DNA from: a virus
Lineage: Duplodnaviria > Caudoviricetes
IMG/VR virus record: IMGVR_UViG_3300023246_000243
Coordinates: 1-28,000 of that record
Length of the DNA stretch: 28,000 nt
Direction: 5' to 3' (one strand)
The notes under the pieces: model-generated
Told to the model about the DNA's origin: nothing
What the model saw: the letters and a program-made list of their open reading frames with translations, nothing else
The model's database searches: none
Shown: one piece after another, positions 17,979 through 26,162 of the stretch
Numbering within the stretch: the stretch's first letter is position 1
Layout: each line of letters starts with the position of its first letter
Translations under genes and position numbers: made by a program

Positions 17979-18251
17979 TTAACTTAAATATTGCTTAAAC
18001 AATTCAGCTTTTATCTTTCTTTTTATATTGATAAATCTTCTGCGTATCGTTGTTCTAGGTATCCCAAGAATCCTTGAGGCATTGCGTAAGGATGGGCGTT
18101 TAATTGTCCTATAACTTTTTAACCCAAAAGAGCAACAAACTATCCTTCGTTCTTCCCTATTTAATATATCCAACAATTCTTCTATTAATACTAAACGATC
18201 ATTATTTAAAAACCGCCAACATTCATCATAACGGGCGTTTTGTATTTTCAT
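17979..18251 (-). CDS. Sigma70 region-4-like HTH protein, putative late transcription activator
   Basis: LNREERRIV...FGL...SLRNASRILGIPRTTIRRR matches sigma region 4. Occupies the usual late-activator position upstream of terminase. Confidence 0.7.
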   Translation of the reverse strand: MKIQNARYDECWRFLNNDRLVLIEELLDILNREERRIVCCSFGLKSYRTIKRPSLRNASRILGIPRTTIRRRFINIKRKIKAELFKQYLS

Positions 18252-19746
18252 TTAACAGCTCTTTTATCCTTGCTATCCATTCTCGGCCAACTGCTTCCCA
18301 AGTTATTTCTGTAACCCAATTATAAGCGTTATTGATAACAGACTTAAACTTCTCCCTTGATTTATAAACCATCTCAATTTTCATGGCTAGGTCATCAGTA
18401 TTAACAACCGGCCGCACCCTGTAAAAGTCCTCATGAGTGCAAACAGTATTATTACAGTTCACAAATAATGTCCGGCTATCATCGCCTATTTCAATCAAAC
18501 TACTGTGTGGCGGGATTATGGTTAATAATTTAGTAGCCATTGCCTCGGTTACTGTTAAGCCCCACCCTTCGCCCATTGTAGTAGTAATATACAGATCAGC
18601 ACAATTATAAATCTTGTTTAGGGTTTCTATCGAGCACCCTTTAATAACATCAAGGTTTTGAGTTAGTTTTATTCCGAGTGGTTTACCATAGGCTTCCACT
18701 ATCTCGTTTAGGTTGCCACCAACATCGATATCCCGGCAGTGCAAGTAAAGCATTGCTTTACAATCAGGATTCTTTTGCTTAAACTTTGCATATGCCTCTA
18801 TTGTCTTGTGCATATCCTTCCTTGGTTGGTTGCGGTTAACATTGATAATTAAAAAGGTGTCCGGGTCAATGCCAAAGTATTCTTTTCTAAACTCCAATAA
18901 TTCCTCTCTTGGTATAGGGTAGAAATCATCTGTATTAGTGCCATGATAAATAAAGCACATCTTTTTAGTCATTTCATCAATGAGTAGTTTCTGTATCTTT
19001 TTATTAGAGCATTGTTTTATTATCTCTTTGCCTAATAAATTAAATGCTTGAAAATAACCATACCTAGTATAAAAGGCTGTTAAGTCTGCGTCCTCTACTG
19101 GCTCTAGCTCAAAGTTTTTCATTTGTCCATCAACCGGGGTGTATACCATCCACTTAATTTCTTTTTGGAAATACCCCTTGGCCCAGTCAATAGCTGATCT
19201 GATTGAATTTTTACAACCATGATTCTTTGTTATGAGGTTAGGTAGATCTTGGAAAGTAATAATAATATCAAAGTGCTCATTCATAATGAGGTTTAATAAT
19301 TTCTTGCGGCCAAACATATCGCGTTCGTGATTATTCCCGGCGGCGATTATGCGGTAGGGTAATAAGTCTTTCTTGTGTAGATCAACCATAGGATCATCAT
19401 AATATTGAATCGCTAATACGGTAATATCAAATAGCCCAGTGTTTTGTAGTTGCTCAAGCACGTTTTCTGATACGTTACCAAAGCCGGTGTTAGCGGTTGG
19501 GGAATCACCATACCAAAGGAGTTTATATTTCTTGGTTTTCTTACTCGCTTTATTATCATTTATAGCTTGTGCGTATAATGTTCCAGTTTCTTTTAATATT
19601 TTCTTAGCTTCTTCAAGTTGTTCTGGAAAAACTACTAATCCACCCTTATTTTTAATTTTCTTAGGCCGCCCTCTTTTCTTTTTATCTTTTTCCTTTTTTT
19701 CCTCTTTTTTTAATATATCACCATTAATTGTTTGTGCGTCTTGCAT
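18226..19746 (-). CDS. Glycosyltransferase, GT-B fold (GT4-like)
   Basis: YGDSPTANTGFG, IYHG, VNRNQPRKD and EGWGLTVTEAMA (Ex7E) motifs. Confidence 0.9.
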   Translation of the reverse strand: MQDAQTINGDILKKEEKKEKDKKKRGRPKKIKNKGGLVVFPEQLEEAKKILKETGTLYAQAINDNKASKKTKKYKLLWYGDSPTANTGFGNVSENVLEQLQNTGLFDITVLAIQYYDDPMVDLHKKDLLPYRIIAAGNNHERDMFGRKKLLNLIMNEHFDIIITFQDLPNLITKNHGCKNSIRSAIDWAKGYFQKEIKWMVYTPVDGQMKNFELEPVEDADLTAFYTRYGYFQAFNLLGKEIIKQCSNKKIQKLLIDEMTKKMCFIYHGTNTDDFYPIPREELLEFRKEYFGIDPDTFLIINVNRNQPRKDMHKTIEAYAKFKQKNPDCKAMLYLHCRDIDVGGNLNEIVEAYGKPLGIKLTQNLDVIKGCSIETLNKIYNCADLYITTTMGEGWGLTVTEAMATKLLTIIPPHSSLIEIGDDSRTLFVNCNNTVCTHEDFYRVRPVVNTDDLAMKIEMVYKSREKFKSVINNAYNWVTEITWEAVGREWIARIKELLNENTKRPL

Positions 19747-20618
19747 TAATACGACCTCCCTTTAATTAAATTAAATTGCTCATCCATATAACATGGTAAG
19801 AAGTTCTGCCACTTCCTAAAGAATCTATTTATATTGAAATCCATTATGGCTTGCTCTGGCATTAAACGAGGATTAAACGTCTGCCCTTGCTGGAAATAAT
19901 CACTTAATTCCTTATCATCTTTGCACCACTCATTAAAAGATTCTTGGGCCTCATAGCTTATAGCAGTTATCCCGCCCCGGTGTGCGAATTTAACACCAAC
20001 CACCACATTAACAAACCCGGCGTTAATGGAAGCAAGCGACATTTCATAATCATAAATATGATGGCACTTATATCCAGTATCTATTCCACCTATTTTATCT
20101 AGCATTTCACGACTACAAATCATCACCGAGCCATCAAGAAAGACTGCCGGGTGATGGTCTGTAATTCTTAATCCATGCACCTCGGCTTCTTGAGAGCCTT
20201 CAAACGATATTAGGTTACTCATAAACCCGGCTCGTGAAGCGTCTTTATTGCCACCACTACTGCCAGCGAATCCAACAATGCCAACCTTCTTGCCATATTT
20301 CTTTTCTACTTCTTCTATGATATCCAAGACGCGTTTATCCCAGTTCTTTTCAAATATATAAATATCGTTATGCACCATTGCTAAATATTTCTCTTTGGTA
20401 GCCCGGTAAGCCTGATCATAAGCCTTATAGATTCCCTTGTTAGTTTCGTTTCTTATATAACCGGCTCCAATCTTTTCAGCGTAACCCTTCACATCCTTAT
20501 CTGACCCATTATCTAAGATCGTCAATTTACGTGGCTTGGATAAAGTTTCATCAAGGCTTTTAACAAGCTTCTCAATAAACCCAATCCGATTTATTACGCA
20601 TGTTACAATATCCATCAT
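19746..20618 (-). CDS. Glycosyltransferase, GT-A fold (GT2-like)
   Basis: ILDNGS, NKG...AYDQA, MVHNDI and KIGGIDTGY...YDYEMS motifs. Confidence 0.88.
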   Translation of the reverse strand: MMDIVTCVINRIGFIEKLVKSLDETLSKPRKLTILDNGSDKDVKGYAEKIGAGYIRNETNKGIYKAYDQAYRATKEKYLAMVHNDIYIFEKNWDKRVLDIIEEVEKKYGKKVGIVGFAGSSGGNKDASRAGFMSNLISFEGSQEAEVHGLRITDHHPAVFLDGSVMICSREMLDKIGGIDTGYKCHHIYDYEMSLASINAGFVNVVVGVKFAHRGGITAISYEAQESFNEWCKDDKELSDYFQQGQTFNPRLMPEQAIMDFNINRFFRKWQNFLPCYMDEQFNLIKGRSY

Positions 20619-21091
20619 TGTTTTATCCCCCTCACTTTTAAATGCAAACCAGAGGTTTCAATGCTTGCGATGGTAATATGCAACCCGGTCAATATTCTTG
20701 TTATGGCTTTAGGAGTAAATCCCATGTAGTGAAAGTTTTCTTTGTAATCTTGAGCCCCATATAATACATTGATAGCAGTAGGGAAATCATCTTTTTCTAA
20801 TGCTAAACAGGCGGCTAACAGGTTAGGCACATGCAGTTCTAAAAGCCCGCCCTTCTTTAATACCCGGATCCACTCCGCAAGCACGGCATAGGTTTCCCGG
20901 TGTGAGAAATGCTCTAGGCAATCAGTAGAAAATACTTTATCAAACCTTTCATCAGGGAAGGGAAGCTCGCGTGCGTCTGCTATAACATCAGCTTTAGTTT
21001 CCGGCCGGATATCCAAGTTTATATATTCCATCGTTACATTGTTACCGCTACCGATATTCAAGGCCATTATCTCATCAAGATTTCTAGTCAT
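20615..21091 (-). CDS. Class I SAM-dependent methyltransferase
   Basis: LNIGSG, YINLDI, LPFPDERFD, LEHFS and RVLKKGG motifs. The likely start is the ATG at 21091 after GGAGG. Confidence 0.88.
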   Translation of the reverse strand: MTRNLDEIMALNIGSGNNVTMEYINLDIRPETKADVIADARELPFPDERFDKVFSTDCLEHFSHRETYAVLAEWIRVLKKGGLLELHVPNLLAACLALEKDDFPTAINVLYGAQDYKENFHYMGFTPKAITRILTGLHITIASIETSGLHLKVRGIKQ

Positions 21092-22010
21092 ATTTTTCCT
21101 CCAATTCACTCATCCTGTCTTTTAGGTATTCGATATGACCTTCCGAAGCCAGCATGCAGTAAGGTTTCATTTCCGTTAAACCCTTGAAATTATCCATCCA
21201 AATCTCAATATCTTCTTCCTTCTTTCCCATGGCCCGGGCAAATACAATGCCATGATATCGGCTTGTGATAACCTTATCCGCGTCTTTAATCATCCGGGCG
21301 GCTTCGCCTACTGTTACCATTCGCCTATCGTTTAACATGCTTTTCATTCCAAGTCGTAGACCAATCTGCTCAATAATATAATTGTCCTCGCTAGACATTG
21401 CCAACATAAAAGTGTTTTCGTTTAAGTGTTCCTTAACCCTTTCTATATAATCCTCAAACCCGAATAGTTGTTTGTTAGGAATAATTACAGTTTTAATATT
21501 ATCTACTATTTGATGTTTACTTGGCTCAACCATATAACACATATCCGGCAATATAATAGGACAAACCTTATCTGATAATTCTTTTATAACCTGTGCGTCC
21601 ATCTCCGATCGAACAGTAATTAAAACCGCTTTTTCCAAATAAGGTTTCCAGTTATTTATCGTATCGGCTAACCCTTTAATGTTTTTATTCTCTAGGTCTG
21701 CCTTAAAACTATTTCGGAATATCTGAACACCGCATGAAATAAAAAATAATGGTATATTTCTTTCTATCGCCGCGTCCATGTATTTCTTCATATAGTTGAA
21801 GTGATCGCTTTCGTTATCGTAAATTAAACCACCGCCACCTATAACAAGATAATCCACCTTATCCATATATCTAATATCAGGATAAGGACTATCAAATATT
21901 AAGTCATAGTCTTTGCACAAATACTTTGCAAAAATATCCTTATAACAATCATCACCAAGGTTTCCGTAGCCGGTTGCCCCGGCAAACATTATTCTCTTTT
22001 TAGTTGCCAT
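21084..22010 (-). CDS. Polysaccharide pyruvyltransferase family protein (CsaB/WcaK-like)
   Basis: GYGNLGD, VIGGGGLIYD, ITVR, LPD and SRYHGIVFA motifs. Confidence 0.82.
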   Translation of the reverse strand: MATKKRIMFAGATGYGNLGDDCYKDIFAKYLCKDYDLIFDSPYPDIRYMDKVDYLVIGGGGLIYDNESDHFNYMKKYMDAAIERNIPLFFISCGVQIFRNSFKADLENKNIKGLADTINNWKPYLEKAVLITVRSEMDAQVIKELSDKVCPIILPDMCYMVEPSKHQIVDNIKTVIIPNKQLFGFEDYIERVKEHLNENTFMLAMSSEDNYIIEQIGLRLGMKSMLNDRRMVTVGEAARMIKDADKVITSRYHGIVFARAMGKKEEDIEIWMDNFKGLTEMKPYCMLASEGHIEYLKDRMSELEEKYD

Positions 22011-22444
22011 ACTTCTACACCTTCCTTATCGCTTATCTTTTTAAACCCTAAAGAAGCAAATAGTTTCTGGCTTGGCTCATTATCAGATTTTATCTCGGCA
22101 GATATTTCATCCATCGATTCATCAAGCAGTTTGTTTATTAGCATTTCCAGCGATTTCTTACCTAGCTTTTTGTTGCGGTGCTTTTCTTTTATCTTTATGC
22201 CAACCTCGCATTTATTATTATCAAAGTATTTAATATTCATATAGCCGATCACGCCTTCGGTATGTTTAATAATAAATATCTTTTGTTCCCCAGAAAAAAC
22301 CTTATCAAGGAAAAAAGAATAAACATCTGCTTCCGATATTTCCCGGCTATCCTTTAAACTCTTAGCACACTCGTTCCTGATCTCTTTAATCTCTGGTATA
22401 TAATTAGCATACATTTTGTCCATCTCAACTAATTCAATGCTCAT
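21989..22444 (-). CDS. GNAT family N-acetyltransferase (PseH/RimJ-like)
   Basis: VIGYM, EVGIKIKEKHRNKKLGK (acetyl-CoA motif A) and NEPSQKLFASLGF motifs. Confidence 0.85.
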   Translation of the reverse strand: MSIELVEMDKMYANYIPEIKEIRNECAKSLKDSREISEADVYSFFLDKVFSGEQKIFIIKHTEGVIGYMNIKYFDNNKCEVGIKIKEKHRNKKLGKKSLEMLINKLLDESMDEISAEIKSDNEPSQKLFASLGFKKISDKEGVEVWQLKRE

Positions 22445-23610
22445 ATCTTAACCCTCCCAAATTCTTTAATTCGACTGATAACATATTCCTGTTCAAGTTC
22501 AGTAAGCGACGGGTAGCAAGGCAGGGATAGTAACTTCGGCCATTCGCTTTCAGTGTTGGGGCAATGCTCTTTAAAAGTTTTCCTCATTGTTTCCGGGATA
22601 AAACTATATTCATAAATAGGCTTATAATGCACTCCCGTTGCTATGCCCTGTTCTTTTAGATAAACATTCAACTCGTTTCTATTCCTAGTTTTAATTGCAA
22701 AAATATGCTGTGAAGTATTTACGCCGGGATTAGTTCCAATAAAGTCTATCCATCCTAGTCCACCCAATGCTTCTAAATATCTTCTTGCAATCATCCTTCG
22801 TGATTGGTTATGTCCATCTAATTTTTTAAGCTGAACCAAACCAATGGCGGCAGTTAAATCGTTCATGTGCATTTTGTGGCCGCGTTCAATTACATCATAT
22901 TCCCAACCATAATTTGTTTTTAGATTATCCTCGCCTGACCTTTCAAAAGTTGATTTAGTAATACCAAACCAGCGAAGGGATTTCATTCGTTCGTATAAGT
23001 CTTTATCATTTGTCGTTACCATGCCGCCATCACCACAAGCCAAATTCTTAACCGCATGAAAACTAAAGCAACCAATAGTTCCCAATGATCCGGCTTTCTT
23101 GCCATCAACACTTGAGCCGCAAGCGTGAGCACAATCCTCGATAACTTTTACTTTACTAGCTAATTCAACATTGTCTGTTTCAAATTTAAACATATTCCCA
23201 TATAAATGAACGGGTATTACAATTGGTCGATTTATTTTAAACTTATCAATAGTCTTTTGAATAGTTTCATCTGTCATTAACATGGTTTCAGGGTCAACGT
23301 CTGCCAAGTAAATATCACCAAGCGTTTGATAAATCGGTGCGAAGTAAGAAGCAATAAAAGTAATTGACGGCACAATAAAGCTACGAATATGCGAACCGCT
23401 TAAAGCCTGACAAGCAAGGATTAAAGCCGACGTTCCCGAATTAACCCCTAAAGCATAATCAACCCCAATATAATCGGCAAATCTTTCCTCAAACCTTCTT
23501 GTCTTTGGCCCTAATCCCCACCACTTACTTTCAATGGTTTCTTTTACCGCTTCTGATTCTTCTTCGCCAAAACTAGGCCGGAATAGTTCTATCGAAATAG
23601 TCATGCACAA
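22441..23610 (-). CDS. DegT/DnrJ/EryC1/StrS PLP-dependent sugar aminotransferase
   Basis: NSGTSAL, PVHLYG, IEDCAHA, FSFHAVKNL..GDGG (catalytic Lys) and LSLP motifs. The start may be the ATG at 23604. Confidence 0.95.
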   Translation of the reverse strand: MCMTISIELFRPSFGEEESEAVKETIESKWWGLGPKTRRFEERFADYIGVDYALGVNSGTSALILACQALSGSHIRSFIVPSITFIASYFAPIYQTLGDIYLADVDPETMLMTDETIQKTIDKFKINRPIVIPVHLYGNMFKFETDNVELASKVKVIEDCAHACGSSVDGKKAGSLGTIGCFSFHAVKNLACGDGGMVTTNDKDLYERMKSLRWFGITKSTFERSGEDNLKTNYGWEYDVIERGHKMHMNDLTAAIGLVQLKKLDGHNQSRRMIARRYLEALGGLGWIDFIGTNPGVNTSQHIFAIKTRNRNELNVYLKEQGIATGVHYKPIYEYSFIPETMRKTFKEHCPNTESEWPKLLSLPCYPSLTELEQEYVISRIKEFGRVKI

Positions 23611-24427
23611 ATCCCCCTATTTCAGTATTTATTGCTTCAATCCGAGGTGTCCATATTGGGCGGCCGCGTTCGGTCTTTTCTCTTATCCCATCTTGATCTT
23701 CAACTCCAAAATACTTTAAAGCATATTTCCTATCCCTATCACTCTTAGCATGAAATGCTTGTTTTTCTTTGGGGTTTTCTCGTAGCGTTCCGCTTCCCCT
23801 ATGATAAACCAAAGCCGGCACAAAGGTCGTTGAAAAACAACCACGTCTTAGGGTTTCTTCTGCGTGAATGTTATCATCATAATAGTCTATATTCTCATCA
23901 AGCAACCCGACTTTTTCAATAGCTTCTTTATCCCAAATAAAACAGGTATAACTTCCGCCATAAATAAATTTCTTTGTCTTACCTATATCCCGATTCATTA
24001 CGTTTTCTAAACCTTCTTCGTAAGTCTTGAAATGGCTTTCTCTAATATCTACGGCGGACACACGAACCATGCGGTCATCTCGCCGGTTATCCCAAGCCCA
24101 AACCAAGGTGTCTATTGTGTCCGGGCGAAATACAATATCGTTATTAGCATAAATAATATGCGTAATCTCCGGGTCATTCATTGCTTCTTGCATGGCCCGG
24201 TTGGCCCCCTTGCTAATCCCTTCATTCTTATCAAAGTTTATTAGCGTTATCGGGTGCTTCTTTGCTTCTTTACTTAACCCAAACCATTCTCGGCTCCCGT
24301 CTTGCGAACCATTATTTAAAATAATAATTCTATACTGGTGCTTTGTTTCAATGCTTGCTATAAATTCTTTAGTGAATCCTAAGCAATTATAAATCGGTGA
24401 GCAGATACAAATCTTTTTATCTTGCAT
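23573..24427 (-). CDS. Glycosyltransferase, GT-A fold (GT2-like)
   Basis: PIYN, ILNNGSQDGS, NEGISKGAN, YANNDI, KVGLLDE and VYHRGS motifs. Confidence 0.9.
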   Translation of the reverse strand: MQDKKICICSPIYNCLGFTKEFIASIETKHQYRIIILNNGSQDGSREWFGLSKEAKKHPITLINFDKNEGISKGANRAMQEAMNDPEITHIIYANNDIVFRPDTIDTLVWAWDNRRDDRMVRVSAVDIRESHFKTYEEGLENVMNRDIGKTKKFIYGGSYTCFIWDKEAIEKVGLLDENIDYYDDNIHAEETLRRGCFSTTFVPALVYHRGSGTLRENPKEKQAFHAKSDRDRKYALKYFGVEDQDGIREKTERGRPIWTPRIEAINTEIGGFVHDYFDRTIPA

Positions 24428-24432
24428 ATAAG

Positions 24433-24461
24433 TTGACCTTCCTTGTGTTCTGTTGTATAAT
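24433..24461 (+). promoter_or_regulatory. Near-consensus sigma70 promoter for the HNH gene
   Basis: TTGACC (24433-24438), 17-bp spacer, TATAAT (24456-24461). Confidence 0.75.
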
Positions 24462-24467
24462 TATATC

Positions 24468-24908
24468 ATGAAAAACAAAAAATATCCTAAAAACTTTTGG
24501 AAGAATAAAATTTGTTCCGTTGATAACTGTAATCGCATAGTCCTGTGTAAAGGTTATTGTTCTAAGCATTATTATAGAAAAAAAACTACTGGACGACTTT
24601 GGAAAATGTTTGCAGAAAACGGAACAGGCCATATCAATAAGCGTGGATATAGGGTTTTTAACATTAAAGGTAAAAAAATATCTGAACATCGCATGATAAT
24701 GGAAAAACATCTTAATCGTCCACTGGAAAAAGGAGAGGTAGTTCATCATATAAATGGAATACATGGCGATAATAGAATTGAAAATCTTATTATTATGAGA
24801 AATTATCAACATGCTTCCCTTCATCATAAAGGTAAAATCCTTTCAAAAAAACAAAAAATTGCTTTACGCAAAGCTGGAATGAAAGGGCTCAAAAGCAGAT
24901 GGGGATAA
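24468..24908 (+). CDS. Free-standing HNH homing endonuclease
   Basis: N-terminal C-x4-C...C-x2-H zinc motif and EHRMIMEKHLNRPL...VVHHING..GDNRIENL. The likely start is the ATG at 24468, because the track's 24453 start lies inside the promoter. Confidence 0.88.
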   Translation: MKNKKYPKNFWKNKICSVDNCNRIVLCKGYCSKHYYRKKTTGRLWKMFAENGTGHINKRGYRVFNIKGKKISEHRMIMEKHLNRPLEKGEVVHHINGIHGDNRIENLIIMRNYQHASLHHKGKILSKKQKIALRKAGMKGLKSRWG

Positions 24909-24928
24909 TAAATTGCTATTTTCATTAT

Positions 24929-26128
24929 TTACTCCTCAACATAACATTTCCAAACTTGTCGTGAATCTGAATAGTCTTTACTCCTATCAGCCCAAGGCTT
25001 CCTTATCGCTGTGCTTGTTCTCATTGAATCCCCGATAAACTCAACCCTATCGAAATGTTTCTTTAATGAGTTGAGGACAACTTCTTTAGTCGCCTTGGCT
25101 TCATAGTTGGTAAGTTCACCAATAAAAACCTTCTTAGTTACGCTTCTGACCTTAGCAGTAACCTCATCAACCGAATACTTCCCAACCTGATGAAATAAAT
25201 ATAAAACCGCTAAAGCAAAAACATAATCAAACTTCTTGTCGCCAAAGTCATGCCTCATAAAATCATCTTCAATAAAGCTTATTTCTCGCTTCCTGAAATT
25301 CTTCTGCAAAAACTTTGCACCTTCTATGTATGGGCCGGGCGGCTCTATCCCGCAAACATTAGCCCATTTCAAGGCCGCCAAGTTTGCTATCTCGCCAATG
25401 TTACAACCAATATCTAACACGCTTCTATAAGCCATTTGCTCCCGGCTCATATTTAAAACTTTATCCCACTTAAACTTTGAATCGGACATCCCAGTGTTTA
25501 CAACTCCGTTGCCATAGTCAAAGCTTTGGTATTGAAATACTCTTATATTTTGGTCTAGGTATTTTTGCTCAAATGCTGATAGCTTGGCGATCCGTTGTGT
25601 CATTGTCTTTTCTATATTCTCATTGATAAACTCAACGATCATTTCAGAGCAATCATCAATGTTTTTAGGGGAGTGTAATTTATATCTACCCCTTGAGGCG
25701 ACAAGTTCATAGGTGTCCACAACACCCTCATAATAATTCTTATCTGCCAAGCACCTATCAATAAATACTTTAAGCGATGAAAGTTTATCAACCCTCATGT
25801 CCGGCACGTTGATCGGCTTAGCGTTCCTTGACCAATCTTTCCAATCCAATTTTAAATTGATATATAAGACGGCAAAGTTTTGTTGCTCTGTCATAAAATC
25901 AAAAACATAACCGGCGTGAGTTTCTACAATAAAAATATTGGTAGCAGTTGTTTCAAAGATAGTATCAAGTTTTTTCTTTAATGCTTTATAGGTAACGTAA
26001 ACCCTATCACAAACAATATCCAAACTATCAACCGTATAATCCGAGGGCAATTCTTTTTCTAGTTTCCTTATTAGCGAAGTCTTTCCCGAGTAACATAATC
26101 CGTTTACGAATACAACTAATTTATCCAT
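24929..26128 (-). CDS. P-loop kinase-like domain fused to a class I SAM methyltransferase
   Basis: N-terminal VFVNGLCYSGKTS (Walker A). C-terminal VLDIGCNIG and FDYVFALAVL. GGAGG RBS. Confidence 0.75.
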   Translation of the reverse strand: MDKLVVFVNGLCYSGKTSLIRKLEKELPSDYTVDSLDIVCDRVYVTYKALKKKLDTIFETTATNIFIVETHAGYVFDFMTEQQNFAVLYINLKLDWKDWSRNAKPINVPDMRVDKLSSLKVFIDRCLADKNYYEGVVDTYELVASRGRYKLHSPKNIDDCSEMIVEFINENIEKTMTQRIAKLSAFEQKYLDQNIRVFQYQSFDYGNGVVNTGMSDSKFKWDKVLNMSREQMAYRSVLDIGCNIGEIANLAALKWANVCGIEPPGPYIEGAKFLQKNFRKREISFIEDDFMRHDFGDKKFDYVFALAVLYLFHQVGKYSVDEVTAKVRSVTKKVFIGELTNYEAKATKEVVLNSLKKHFDRVEFIGDSMRTSTAIRKPWADRSKDYSDSRQVWKCYVEE

Positions 26129-26162
26129 TGTTTTCTTCCTCCATTATATCATGCCGTCGCCA

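Noticed and set aside
24417-24827. 136-aa minus-strand ORF
   Set aside because: It is antisense to the clear HNH gene and has no recognisable motif.
24428-24928. Group I intron carrying the HNH gene
   Set aside because: Both flanking genes are intact, the HNH is antisense, and there is no room for intron core structure.
4569-25430. Many short plus-strand ORFs (e.g. 4569, 12066, 13810, 14507, 19439, 25236) and the nested minus ORF 15558-15740
   Set aside because: They are shadows of well-supported genes, with no motifs of their own.
26143-26151. Extended -10 (TGATATAAT) before the P-loop/MTase gene
   Set aside because: It abuts the GGAGG RBS, so a transcript would lose its SD, and there is no -35. 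Left unassigned rather than excluded.
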